Virus record (IMG/VR): IMGVR_UViG_2974764813_000001
Span: 32,001-96,000 of that record
Source: a virus
Lineage: Duplodnaviria > Caudoviricetes
DNA length: 64,000 nt
Reading direction: 5' to 3' (one strand)
Below the pieces are notes generated by a model. That model saw only the letters and a list, made by a program, of their open reading frames with translations. It was not told where the DNA came from and searched no databases. The number at the start of each line of letters is the position of its first letter. Position 1 is the first letter of the stretch. Of this stretch, positions 39,531 through 48,837 are shown piece by piece. Made by a program: the position numbers and the translations under genes.

Positions 39531-39904
39531 GCTGCCCTCCAGCAGTCCGTCTCCACGTCGTACTCGCCGATCCGGTAGATCACCGTGCGGTTGTCACCCT
39601 TGATCGTCAGCAGCCAGTTCTGAAAGCACGGCGATCCGGGCGGCGCGCTGCAGTCGTACTCGCCTGGGCCGTGCCCGCGGCTGCCGTGACCCTCCTCGGG
39701 CCTGCGCAGGCTGACGAACGGATGGTCGATCACGCCGCCGTCGCGCACCTCGCTCCAGGCGTCCCACAGCAGCTGGTGAGTGACCATCGTCGTCGGGTCG
39801 GCGTGGTTGACGTGCAGGACTTCGCCCTTGGTCGGGTCGCGGTAGCGCAAAATCCGGCAGACGCCGGTCTCGCCGCCACCGACGTTGCGCAGCTCGATGC
39901 TCAT
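39518..39904 (-). CDS. Hypothetical protein (128 aa, MSIELRNVGG...)
   Basis: ATGA overlap with the helicase stop; 3' part of the long track ORF. Confidence 0.6.
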   Translation of the reverse strand: MSIELRNVGGGETGVCRILRYRDPTKGEVLHVNHADPTTMVTHQLLWDAWSEVRDGGVIDHPFVSLRRPEEGHGSRGHGPGEYDCSAPPGSPCFQNWLLTIKGDNRTVIYRIGEYDVETDCWRAAWPD

Positions 39905-41805
39905 GCAGGGCCTCTCAGCAGGTTGTAGGCGTCGACTTTCTTCTCGGCGGCCTCTTCGTGCTCGCCGTAGGACAGCACCTCGCGGGCACCGGTGGTGGCC
40001 TCGACGAGCTTGCGGTCGGACATCATGCCGCGGTAGATCCGGTCTTCCACGGTGCCGTCGGTGACGTAGATGTAGCTGGTCAGCCCGTCGAGGTGGCTGT
40101 CGGCGCGGTCGATGCGCGCGTTGCGCTGCATGACCTGGTCGTAGGTGAACGGGCACTCGTAGTTGATGACGTAGCGGCACATCTGCATGTTCAGGCCGTA
40201 GGCCCCGGCGTCCGAGGACAGGAACAGCGGGATGTTGGGATCCTCGGCGAACTTCACCTGGGCCTCGTAGCCCTGCTTGTCGGTCATGCCGACGCCGTAG
40301 TGCTCGACGAAGGGGATCTTGCGGCGCTTGAGCTCGGCGGTGAGCAGGTGCAGCGTCATCGTGGTCCACTTCGTGAACGCGATGGCCTTGTCCCCGGCCT
40401 CCCAGATGGACTGCACCTTGTCGCAGAACATCTCGACCTTCGAGCTGTTGGCATTGGTGATGAGCTCGGGGTACTCCGCGGCCAGCTGGCGGCCGATCTC
40501 GTTCTCGGTGATCGCCAGCGCGGCCGGGCCGTTGCAGATGTAGCGCGCGATCTGCAGGTGCTGGGCGCAGGGTTCCTCGCGCGCCTTGGCCTCGTCGACG
40601 AGATCCATCAGCGCGTCGTAGAGCCGCCGGTCCTCGTCGGACATCTGCACGCGCTCGACCAGGACGTCGAGGCCCTTGAAGTTCTCCCGCACGCCGGGGT
40701 CGGTCTTGCGGGCGTTCTGGGTGCAGTGCGCGACACGGTGGCGCACCTCCTGGAGCCGGTCGTGGTCCCAGCTGTAGTGGGTGACGTCGAAGCGGCCGCC
40801 GTTCTTTGCCTTGAAGGTCATCGTGCGCTTCTTCGAGACGTAGCGGTCCTCGAATTCCTTCTTGGTGCCCAGCGGGTTGCCGGTGCGGCGCTGGCCCAGG
40901 CCGAGCTGGTAGGTGTCGCGGTAGCGGAACGGACTGTGGTTGACCACCGAGGCGCTCATCGGCCACACGACGGCCTCGCAGGTGTCCATGACCTTCTCGA
41001 TGGCCTTGCGCACCTTGGTCTGGCCGCCGTCGGTGAGGATCACCTGGGCCTCGTCGAACACGAACAGGGTGCGGCGGCCGCCGATGCGCTCGACGATGGC
41101 GTCGTAGTCCCACAGCATCTTGTCGGGGTTGTTGACGAAGACCTGGATGCTCGGGTCGGCCAGGCGCTTGCGGCGCTGCATGGCGGTGCCGTCGTTGACC
41201 ACCGCGTTGAGCGGGGTGGCCCGCAGGAAGAAGTCGCGCATGTTGTACTTCAGCTTGCGCAGGGTGAACACGAAGGCCAGGTCGACGATGCCGCGATTGA
41301 ACAGCTCCAGGGCGCCCGAGGAGCACGCCGCGCTCTTCCCGGCGCCCGCGCCCCAGCCGAAGAACATCTTGCGCTCGGCGTTGCTGCCGGGATTGACCGC
41401 ACGCTCCAGGGCCCGGTTGATCGTGAAGCGCTGGTAGTCGAACAGCTCGGAGGGCGAGCCGTCGCCGCGCAGCAGGGTCAGCCCCTCGATGTGCAGCGGA
41501 GCCATCCAGCGCTCGTAGTCGGCGAGCAGCTTCTCACAACTGGGAGCGAACAGCGGGACGTAGCCGTCCTCCTCCAGCTGTGCCACGAAGTAGCGCAGCA
41601 TGAACTGCTCGTTGAGGATCAGGTAGCGCGAGAGCCATTCTTCATACCGCTCGAAGAACATCTGCTCGTGCTGCATCGGCTGAAAAACCAGCTGATCCGG
41701 CCAATCCGGGCTCTGTTCCACCACGACGAGCCGACCCAAAATGTTGGGGTCGGTGTCGACGAGGTGCCCTAGATCTTGCTCCAGGTTGCGAAGTACTGGG
41801 TACAT
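39901..41805 (-). CDS. SF2 (SNF2-like) helicase
   Basis: GAGAGKS, FDEAQ, SAS, DAGAYGLNM, QRNARIDR motifs. Confidence 0.85.
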   Translation of the reverse strand: MYPVLRNLEQDLGHLVDTDPNILGRLVVVEQSPDWPDQLVFQPMQHEQMFFERYEEWLSRYLILNEQFMLRYFVAQLEEDGYVPLFAPSCEKLLADYERWMAPLHIEGLTLLRGDGSPSELFDYQRFTINRALERAVNPGSNAERKMFFGWGAGAGKSAACSSGALELFNRGIVDLAFVFTLRKLKYNMRDFFLRATPLNAVVNDGTAMQRRKRLADPSIQVFVNNPDKMLWDYDAIVERIGGRRTLFVFDEAQVILTDGGQTKVRKAIEKVMDTCEAVVWPMSASVVNHSPFRYRDTYQLGLGQRRTGNPLGTKKEFEDRYVSKKRTMTFKAKNGGRFDVTHYSWDHDRLQEVRHRVAHCTQNARKTDPGVRENFKGLDVLVERVQMSDEDRRLYDALMDLVDEAKAREEPCAQHLQIARYICNGPAALAITENEIGRQLAAEYPELITNANSSKVEMFCDKVQSIWEAGDKAIAFTKWTTMTLHLLTAELKRRKIPFVEHYGVGMTDKQGYEAQVKFAEDPNIPLFLSSDAGAYGLNMQMCRYVINYECPFTYDQVMQRNARIDRADSHLDGLTSYIYVTDGTVEDRIYRGMMSDRKLVEATTGAREVLSYGEHEEAAEKKVDAYNLLRGPA

Positions 41806-41885
41806 ACTGTCATCAGACTACACCGATTCTAGAACTTCCATAAGTGGAAGCGAGATTGCAGTTCTGGAATGTGCGTGGTACACCT

Positions 41886-41922
41886 AAATGAATGAAGCCC
41901 CTGCTGTGAGGCGGGGGCTTCA
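41886..41922. terminator. Stem-loop, terminator-like on the minus strand
   Basis: tgaagcccc...ggggcttca; T-rich tail on the minus strand. Confidence 0.55.
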
Positions 41923-42420
41923 AACACCGAACTTGGCTGGTTCTGATGTTACCGACGTGTCCCGTTGTGTTCAACAGGGATCTTCGCGGCGACCCCAGCG
42001 CCAGCCAGCCCGCAGTTAGGAGCTGAACCGGCGTTTCCTGGGAGAGTTCGCCTCACCAACCCAACCTCCCCGAGTAGTAATCCGACCTGAACTCGCAGGT
42101 CAGGCCCAGTGCGCACAGGCCTAGTGCTGGGTAACACCGTCTCACCGCATGCGCTCTGGAGCTCATGTGGCGATAGTCGTTTGCCTTTGCTGTGATGAAG
42201 GGCACACCGGCATGTCGCTCACAAAGCCCGCATGTAGGGGAGGGGGGTAGGGGGGAGGGGTGCGGGCACGCCCTTTTGTGCCCAAATCCGATCCACACTC
42301 TCCGAGAGACCGGAGGGACCGAGCCCTCCCAGGATCTGGTCCCCAGGCTCGGAAAATCCCAAGATGTGGTCCAGCAAAGGCTCAGCAAACACCGCTGACC
42401 AGGCACGACGGCGCCAGATG

Positions 42421-42449
42421 TTGCGAAAACTAGAGAAGTTCTATAACAT
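42421..42449 (+). promoter_or_regulatory. SigA-like promoter TTGCGA-N17-TAACAT with operator-like palindrome in the spacer
   Basis: TAGA-gaagt-TCTA lies between the boxes. Confidence 0.6.
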
Positions 42450-42477
42450 CACTACACATCACCCCAAGGAGCCGCCC

Positions 42478-42699
42478 ATGCACACCATCCCGATTCGCGT
42501 AGCGCTCGTCCTCGCCGGTGCCGGAGCTCTTGCCATGATGGCCTTCGGGCCGACCGGCCAGGCCGACGCACCCGCCGAGCCCCCACGCAACCTCGACGTG
42601 TTCACCGACTTCCTGGTGGTCAAGCAGACCGCCACCATCCCGGTGCACGACAACCCCATCGACGAGCTGCTCGACCTCTACACGCGGGGCGCCCGATGA
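42478..42699 (+). CDS. Small secreted/membrane protein
   Basis: AAGGAG RBS, hydrophobic N-terminus. Confidence 0.6.
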   Translation: MHTIPIRVALVLAGAGALAMMAFGPTGQADAPAEPPRNLDVFTDFLVVKQTATIPVHDNPIDELLDLYTRGAR

Positions 42700-42896
42700 G
42701 CCGATTCCTGCGAGCGCTCGGCTCGCTGGCCATCATCGTGCTGATCGGCGTCGGCATCGCTGCGGTCATCCAGGCGCTGAGCCTGCAGATCGTCCCGCTG
42801 TCGGTCGTCGTCGCGGTGGCCATCGCCGCGGCCGTCGCCGTCATCGCCCTGGACCTGGCCGACCGCCTCGACAACTCCGAGGAGGTGACCCGGTGA
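42696..42896 (+). CDS. Two-TM membrane protein
   Basis: Two hydrophobic helices. Confidence 0.65.
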   Translation: MSRFLRALGSLAIIVLIGVGIAAVIQALSLQIVPLSVVVAVAIAAAVAVIALDLADRLDNSEEVTR

Positions 42897-43210
42897 CGAC
42901 CATGATCGCGCTCGCCGCCCGTGACGGCTTCCCGGACGACCACACCGAGTACGTCTGCCCCGGCAAGCACGAGGACGGCGGCTGGACCTGCATGTTCTGT
43001 GCCGGTGGCCTGTTCTTGTGCACCGTGTGCGGCTCGGACGAGGGTGCCTCCACTACGCAGTGTCCTGGCCGCCGGATGACCACGACCGAGAACGAGCAGG
43101 TCGACGCCGGTCGCCTGGATTTCCGCGGCGGGCGCTGGGTGGCACAGCCCAGCTACTACGCCTACGGCTACTGGTACTGGGCCTGGGACCACGAGGAGGA
43201 CGCAGCATGA
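42893..43210 (+). CDS. Cys-rich hypothetical protein
   Basis: CMFC, CTVC, GGAGG RBS. Confidence 0.6.
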   Translation: MTTMIALAARDGFPDDHTEYVCPGKHEDGGWTCMFCAGGLFLCTVCGSDEGASTTQCPGRRMTTTENEQVDAGRLDFRGGRWVAQPSYYAYGYWYWAWDHEEDAA

Positions 43211-43617
43211 AGGTCAAGAACGCCGACATCTGGCAGCAGCAGCGCGCCGAACTGCTCGCCGACGGCGAGATCGGCCCGCGGTTCCTGGAGATCCTGGAAG
43301 CCTGGGCCGAGAGCGCCGAGGAACTGATGGAGGGGGTGGTCCCCGTCCGCGATGCCGCGATGAGCGCGCTGGGCGGCGTCGAGGAGCGCTTCGGCCGGGT
43401 GAACATCGTCTACCTCGGCCAGATGCTGACCCTGCTCACCATCTTCTGGGCCCATGGCGACGAGTTCGCCGAGGAGCTCAGCGCCATCGAGCTGCGGCTG
43501 GTCCAAGACCTCACCGCACAGAAAATCCTCGAGCTCAGCGCCGAGGCCGCCACCGACACCGAAGGAGACATCGGCCTGGAGGACGCGAGCAACTACGACA
43601 AGAAGGGGGCGATCTGA
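43207..43617 (+). CDS. Hypothetical protein
   Basis: GAGGAGG RBS, ATGA coupling. Confidence 0.65.
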   Translation: MKVKNADIWQQQRAELLADGEIGPRFLEILEAWAESAEELMEGVVPVRDAAMSALGGVEERFGRVNIVYLGQMLTLLTIFWAHGDEFAEELSAIELRLVQDLTAQKILELSAEAATDTEGDIGLEDASNYDKKGAI

Positions 43618-43838
43618 TGATGACGCTCAGTGAGGTCCTGGAGCACGTCGGCGGCAAGGTCGTTTACCGCGCCCCGCACGTCGCCGACGATCAGCCCGGC
43701 GAGGAGGGCGTGATCACCGGCGCCAGCAGCATCTACGCCTTCGTGCGCTTCGGCGCCGATGTGGGCTCGATGGCGACCCCGGCCGAGAACCTGACGCTGG
43801 TGGCCCCGCCGGTCGAAGAGCCGGAGCCGGAGTCATGA
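43617..43838 (+). CDS. Small SH3-like hypothetical protein
   Basis: GGKVVY...EEGVIT...FVRF. Confidence 0.6.
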   Translation: MMTLSEVLEHVGGKVVYRAPHVADDQPGEEGVITGASSIYAFVRFGADVGSMATPAENLTLVAPPVEEPEPES

Positions 43839-44059
43839 TCGAGCAGGGGTACCCCGGCGGGCCCCGGCCCGAGGGTGCGCACCGCGCGGTCGACTGCCAC
43901 TGCGGCATGGGCAAGGTCGCCCGGCGCACCCTCATCGCCGACGTCAACCGCGGGTTGGCCCAGGCGATGGCACCGGCGCCGGACGGACGTCCGTGGGCCG
44001 AGCACATCCTGCGGAACGACCCTGTCCTGCGCGCGCGATTGGCCAGGGCACTGCGATGA
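43835..44059 (+). CDS. Hypothetical protein
   Basis: ATGA coupling, GGAG RBS. Confidence 0.5.
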   Translation: MIEQGYPGGPRPEGAHRAVDCHCGMGKVARRTLIADVNRGLAQAMAPAPDGRPWAEHILRNDPVLRARLARALR

Positions 44060-44181
44060 AGAGCCACAGGGCGGGGCGTCAAAGCGCCACAGTGACCGCC
44101 AAGTTCGGTTCAGGATCCGGTACCTATCACGGGGAGACCGATACTGCGCCCTGCCCTGTCTTCACCGAATACCATCCGGCG

Positions 44182-44664
44182 ATGGCATACCCACACCATC
44201 CGCAGCAACCGAACAACCACTACAACCAGCAGTACAACCAGCAGTACTACCCGCCGCAGCCACCACCGCGGCGCAAGAGCCGCACCCCGTTGGTGCTGGC
44301 CCTGGTCGCGTTGGCGGCCGTCGTCGCCGTGGTGGCCGTCGTCATCGCCTACGCGACGTCGTCGGATTCGTCGACTCAGTCGGTGGACCAGGCCTACCTG
44401 GAGGATCTGCGCGACATCGACGGTCTGGGCATCAGCGTCAACACCGGCGGCACCACCGACGAGGCGCTGATCAAGGAGGCCCACCAGGTCTGCTCGGACC
44501 TGGGCCGCGGGGTGGCCCCCATCCAGCTCGCCTACATGCTCACCCAGTTCAACGCGGGGCAGTCGGTTGACGACGCCTACCTGCAGATCAGCAGTGCAGT
44601 GAAGTTCTACTGCCCAGACCAGAAGACCAAGCTCCGTGCGGAGCTGATGGAAGGAGCCCGGTAA
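44182..44664 (+). CDS. Membrane-anchored DUF732-like protein
   Basis: Q/Y/P-rich tail, TM helix, DQAYLEDL...AHQVCSDLGRG...AVKFYCP. Confidence 0.7.
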   Translation: MAYPHHPQQPNNHYNQQYNQQYYPPQPPPRRKSRTPLVLALVALAAVVAVVAVVIAYATSSDSSTQSVDQAYLEDLRDIDGLGISVNTGGTTDEALIKEAHQVCSDLGRGVAPIQLAYMLTQFNAGQSVDDAYLQISSAVKFYCPDQKTKLRAELMEGAR

Positions 44665-44951
44665 TGCCCAACGACACCCTCTCGGTCGTCGGCCCCGAGA
44701 ACGCCGAGGTGCTGGAGACCGAACTGACGCTGTACTTCGGTGCCACGGTCGCGGTGACCACCACGGCGTCGGGCTTCCAGGACTGGATCAAGCCCTCGGC
44801 GAGCTTCTCCACCAAGTGGAAGGGCACGCCGTCGGGGGAGCAGGTCGTCATGGCGACCCAGCAGATCCAGAACGACATCCTCGCGCCGATGCTCGAGGAG
44901 ATCATCGCGATGTGCCAGGCCCGCCTGACCCAATCGCGCCGCGGCGGCTGA
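44664..44951 (+). CDS. Hypothetical protein
   Basis: AAGGAG RBS, TAATG coupling. Confidence 0.6.
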   Translation: MPNDTLSVVGPENAEVLETELTLYFGATVAVTTTASGFQDWIKPSASFSTKWKGTPSGEQVVMATQQIQNDILAPMLEEIIAMCQARLTQSRRGG

Positions 44952-44968
44952 GCCCGCTATAGGAGTAT

Positions 44969-44997
44969 TTGCAGACCTCTGTAGAACTGCTTACTCT
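44969..44997 (+). promoter_or_regulatory. SigA-like promoter TTGCAG-N17-TACTCT with TGTAGAACT in the spacer
   Basis: Canonical spacing before the 45026 ORF. Confidence 0.6.
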
Positions 44998-45025
44998 GGA
45001 CTATGAGTAAATGGAGGAGGAAATC

Positions 45026-45715
45026 ATGACCGAAGTTGTGGATTTACCTGCGCTGATGCGCGACGGCGGCGAGAACGCCGTCCTGGAGGCACTGTTCGCC
45101 AGCCGCTCGACGGACACGTCGGCCGACACCGGCAAGAGCACCGCCGCCAAGCGCCGCGCCGCGCAGCGAAAGGCCATCGAGGAGTTCGACCTCGACCGGC
45201 TGCTCGACCTCCAGGAGAAGATGTCGCGCGTCATCGACACGCTGACCAAGAACGAGCTGCGCCTCGACGAGGGCGGCACGCTGACGCCCGAGCAGGCCGA
45301 GAGCCTGATGGCCGAGCACCTCGACGAGCGCGAGATCGCTGAACTGCTCGAAGTGCGCAAGGAGATGATCCGCGAGGCCGTCTACGAGCACCTCGACCAG
45401 ACCGTCGGCCCCAACACCAGCGGCGCGCTGGAGGTGCCCACGCTCGGCAAGAAGTTCTGCCGCGAGGGTGCGGGCCTCGGCACGCCCAAGGTCGACGAGC
45501 AGCGCCTGCAGGGTGTGCTCGGCGAGCGCTGGGACGAGGTCTGCGTCGAGGAGGTCATCCCGGCCCAGGTGATCCCGGAGCGCCGCGAGCGGCGATTCTC
45601 GCTGGACCGCCTGCTCGACCTGGCCCAGCGCGACCCCCAGATCCTCGAGGCCCTCGGCAGCTGCCTCGCTCCCGGAAAGCTGCGGACACCACGCTTCGTC
45701 ACTCGCGATATGTGA
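45026..45715 (+). CDS. Hypothetical coiled-coil protein
   Basis: GGAGGAGG RBS. Confidence 0.7.
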   Translation: MTEVVDLPALMRDGGENAVLEALFASRSTDTSADTGKSTAAKRRAAQRKAIEEFDLDRLLDLQEKMSRVIDTLTKNELRLDEGGTLTPEQAESLMAEHLDEREIAELLEVRKEMIREAVYEHLDQTVGPNTSGALEVPTLGKKFCREGAGLGTPKVDEQRLQGVLGERWDEVCVEEVIPAQVIPERRERRFSLDRLLDLAQRDPQILEALGSCLAPGKLRTPRFVTRDM

Positions 45716-45776
45716 CGGAACTGTGCAAGAGTGGGTACGATAATTTCCAAGAACGGTTATGGGAGAGGGATAGAAG

Positions 45777-46391
45777 ATGGCTTCGGACCAGGACAAGCAG
45801 CCGGTCGTGGAGTTCGATGAGTACCCACTGTTCAGTGACGCCGACGAAGCGGCACCGAAAACGGAAACCGACCCCGAGCCGCAGCCCGCGGTCGGGCCGG
45901 TGGTTGTTCTCGACTTTGACGACGAGGACGAGCCCGCCCAGGAGGAAGAAGATGACAGTGATGAGCAGCCCGAACAGCAGGCTGTTGTCGTCCGCGACGA
46001 CCCCGCGCCGGAGCAGGCCGTGGTCGTGATGGACGAAGCGCCCGCACGCCCCGCGCCGAGCACCTCGGCACCGCTGAAGCTGGAGAAGACCTACTCCAGC
46101 GAAGAGGTGGCCAAGAAGTTCTTCGGCAAGTCCACCCAGTGGTTGTACTGGGGTATGCGCGACAAGGACGCCGAGGGCAACGCGATCACCCCGGTGTTCG
46201 TCTACGAGGACGGCACTCCGATCGAACCCAAGAAGATCGGCAAGGGGCAGCGTCGCCGCTACACCCTGCCCATCATCAAGGAGATGGCCGCCGCGTGCTA
46301 CCGCCGGGGCAACCTCAAGGAGCCCGAGCTCCGCAAGGTCTTCGCCAAGATCGAAGCCGCCGAAAAGGATGAGCTCATCCCTGTCCGGTAA
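45777..46391 (+). CDS. HTH (MerR/excisionase-like) DNA-binding protein with acidic N-terminus
   Basis: YSSEEVAKKFFGKSTQWLYW...RRRYTLPII. Confidence 0.65.
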   Translation: MASDQDKQPVVEFDEYPLFSDADEAAPKTETDPEPQPAVGPVVVLDFDDEDEPAQEEEDDSDEQPEQQAVVVRDDPAPEQAVVVMDEAPARPAPSTSAPLKLEKTYSSEEVAKKFFGKSTQWLYWGMRDKDAEGNAITPVFVYEDGTPIEPKKIGKGQRRRYTLPIIKEMAAACYRRGNLKEPELRKVFAKIEAAEKDELIPVR

Positions 46392-46399
46392 GGGAATTC

Positions 46400-47317
46400 G
46401 TGCCAACCAACACCGCGGGTCCTGGTGACCTGCAAGCGCATCTCGACCACATGATCGAGGAGCGGCGCGCCAGCGCACGCGCCCATCTGCCCGGCCATTG
46501 GGACTTCCCGGTGGGCCGGGCAGAACGCTGTCATGTGTTCGACGAGACGGGTCGGCCCTACCTGGACTTCGGTCCCGGTGGGGCGATCAACATCCTCGGC
46601 CACCACAACGAGCAGGTCACCCACGCGCTGTGGAACCACCTGCACCAGTACAGCTACACCGGTCAGCACGCGGGCCGCTACCAGGTGGCCTACGCCGAGG
46701 CGCTGGCCGCGACTTTCCCACAGCCCGACCGCCAGGTCCTGGTGCTCTCCAGCGTCTCCGAGGCCCGCCGGATCGCCCGCGAGATGCCCGGCCGCATCCA
46801 CGACGAGTCCGGCACCGGCTTCGGTCGCACCGGGCGGATGTGGGGGAGCGACCCCGACGACGACGCCGTGGTCCTGCTCGGCCCCGCCGGAGGCGGCGGT
46901 CTGCCGTTCGCGGCGCTGGTGGCCTCGGCCGAGCAGTTCGACGGCATCAGCCCGCCGCCGATGGCCGCCCATCCGCTGGCGTGCACCGCGGGCACCGCCG
47001 TCTTGAGCCAGCTCACCCCCGAACTGCTGCAGCACGTGGCCGCGATGGGTACCGTCTTGGCTGACGGCCTGGCCGAGGTCGCCGAGCAATTCCCCGCTGT
47101 CATCAGATCTGTTGCTGGACCGCCCGATGGTGTAGGATTGCTACAGAAAATAACAACTGTTGACCTAGAAGACACGCAGCGGCTGTTCGAAGCCTGCCGT
47201 GATCGCGGCCTGTTGCTCCATCACACCCTCTACCTCACCCCACCTTTGGTGATCACAGAGCAGGAGGTGAAGCAGGCCGTCGACATCCTGGCAGATGTGT
47301 GTCTGGATTGGAGTTGA
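46400..47317 (+). CDS. Class-III PLP aminotransferase-like protein, degenerate
   Basis: VFDETGRPYLDF, LGH, DESGTGFGRTG, HPLACTAG, TPPLVITEQEV; no Lys at the PLP-binding position. Confidence 0.75.
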   Translation: MPTNTAGPGDLQAHLDHMIEERRASARAHLPGHWDFPVGRAERCHVFDETGRPYLDFGPGGAINILGHHNEQVTHALWNHLHQYSYTGQHAGRYQVAYAEALAATFPQPDRQVLVLSSVSEARRIAREMPGRIHDESGTGFGRTGRMWGSDPDDDAVVLLGPAGGGGLPFAALVASAEQFDGISPPPMAAHPLACTAGTAVLSQLTPELLQHVAAMGTVLADGLAEVAEQFPAVIRSVAGPPDGVGLLQKITTVDLEDTQRLFEACRDRGLLLHHTLYLTPPLVITEQEVKQAVDILADVCLDWS

Positions 47318-47320
47318 GCC

Positions 47321-47713
47321 TTGAGCTTCACTGACCTCGACATCGCCGAGCAGACCCTGGGCAAGCCGGTCACCGCGATGACCGACACCGAGCTCGTCAG
47401 CTACCTCAAAATCGCCGTGAAGGCCCTGCAGGACATCGACCTGCCCGTCGACGGCATGCCGGAGCGCTCGGTGATGGCCGGACTCAAGCGCACCTACGGC
47501 CCGCAGGCCGGGAACATTCTCAAGTGGGTGTGCTGGCGCCACGAGGGCAAGTACCGCGGCCAGGTGATCGGCTACTTCTCGTTCGCCAAGGGCCGCAAGT
47601 GGTTCACCGACATGCTCTACACCGAACTGCAGCAGCACCTCAGCGCCGAGGCCGCCCAGGTCGCCGCCGAACGCCGCGCCGGGGACGGCTGGGGCGAACT
47701 GGCCGACCTCTGA
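47321..47713 (+). CDS. Hypothetical protein
   Basis: TTG start with GGAG; coding-like codon bias. Confidence 0.6.
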   Translation: MSFTDLDIAEQTLGKPVTAMTDTELVSYLKIAVKALQDIDLPVDGMPERSVMAGLKRTYGPQAGNILKWVCWRHEGKYRGQVIGYFSFAKGRKWFTDMLYTELQQHLSAEAAQVAAERRAGDGWGELADL

Positions 47714-47952
47714 TGGCCGAGCGGGTCTCAGCCTTCGACCTGCTCCAGCAGTACACCGCCCTGCACCTGCAGGGCACGCCACCGCTGGGCGAAGGCGCCA
47801 CCGAGCTCGACGGCAAGACGGTCTACCACCGCGAGGACCCCGACCAGACCGGCACCGTCGTCGGCCCCTCCCGCATCGACGGCTTCGCCTGGGTGCACTG
47901 GACCGACCACTACGGACTGCACCGCATCACCGACCTCCAGGAGGCATCGTGA
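47713..47952 (+). CDS. Hypothetical protein
   Basis: TGATG coupling. Confidence 0.55.
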   Translation: MAERVSAFDLLQQYTALHLQGTPPLGEGATELDGKTVYHREDPDQTGTVVGPSRIDGFAWVHWTDHYGLHRITDLQEAS

Positions 47953-48119
47953 AACACACCGGCGTCATCACCCACCGCCCGCACTGGTACCCGCGGGTGT
48001 TCATCGCCTACGGCCCCGGCCCGGTCCCGCGCGAAGAGGCGCACTGGCGCAACTGGCGCAAGTGGAACGGCCTGGGCTTTCGCATCGGCAACACCATCCA
48101 CTTCTGCGAGATCCGCTGA
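47949..48119 (+). CDS. Small Trp-rich protein (56 aa)
   Basis: AGGAGG RBS, GTGA coupling; read manually. Confidence 0.55.
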   Translation: MKHTGVITHRPHWYPRVFIAYGPGPVPREEAHWRNWRKWNGLGFRIGNTIHFCEIR

Positions 48120-48445
48120 TGGGCGACGTCGACACCAGCGCACTGACCAACGTGCACGACCCCGACAAGTGCAGCGGCTCGTGGTGTGTCGTGCACAACC
48201 CCAGCGACCACCACATGCGCGGCTGGGAGGTGGTGTGGCGCAACGACCGCGGGCTCTTCGAGCGGGTCTGCCCGCACGGCATCGGCCATCCCGACCCCGA
48301 CCAGTTCGCCCACTGGGAGAAGGCGGCTGCCACCTGGCGCCCGCCGGTCTCGTACGACGTGATCGACGACCCGCACCCACCCGGCAATCCCTATCTCGGC
48401 AAGGGCGTGCACGGCTGCGACGGCTGCTGCCGGGAGGCGATGTGA
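48119..48445 (+). CDS. His/Cys-rich hypothetical protein
   Basis: CVVHNPSDHH, ERVCPHGIGHPDPD, HGCDGCC. Confidence 0.65.
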   Translation: MGDVDTSALTNVHDPDKCSGSWCVVHNPSDHHMRGWEVVWRNDRGLFERVCPHGIGHPDPDQFAHWEKAAATWRPPVSYDVIDDPHPPGNPYLGKGVHGCDGCCREAM

Positions 48446-48837
48446 GCGAGTGCGACCCCTACGACCACCCGGTCGACGGCTACTGCCCGGCCTGCGGGGC
48501 CAACGCGCTGTACCTCAGCATGGGCATCCCGACCTGCATGGCCAAGGGCTGCCCCGCCTCGACCATCATCGGCGACATCCTGTCCGACCCCGAGATTCAC
48601 CACATCCTCGAGGTGCTGCCCGACGCCGAGACCGAGCAGTCGGGCCGCTGGACCCTGCAGCACCCCCTGCGCGAGCGTGTCGACGGAGCCCTGTTCAGCT
48701 GTCCGCTGCACCGGATCCTGCAGCAGCAGTTCGCGTTCCACTACCCACCGGCTCCCGGCCGCTACCGCATCCGTCACCGCGACGAGGTCGAGGGCGAAGA
48801 GAGCAACGAGTGGCCCTGGCTGATGGAGAAGCTGTGA
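48442..48837 (+). CDS. Zinc-finger hypothetical protein
   Basis: CPACG...WTLQHPLRER. Confidence 0.65.
   Translation: MSECDPYDHPVDGYCPACGANALYLSMGIPTCMAKGCPASTIIGDILSDPEIHHILEVLPDAETEQSGRWTLQHPLRERVDGALFSCPLHRILQQQFAFHYPPAPGRYRIRHRDEVEGEESNEWPWLMEKL

Noticed and set aside
42160-42210. Minus-strand GCAAACGAC (A-N-D) resembling a tmRNA resume site
   Set aside because: No tag ending in AA-stop and no tRNA-like acceptor/T-arm ends found
42430-42445. TAGAAC motif as a mycobacterial LexA box (TCGAAC-N4-GTTCGA)
   Set aside because: Half-site differs and the palindrome spacing does not match
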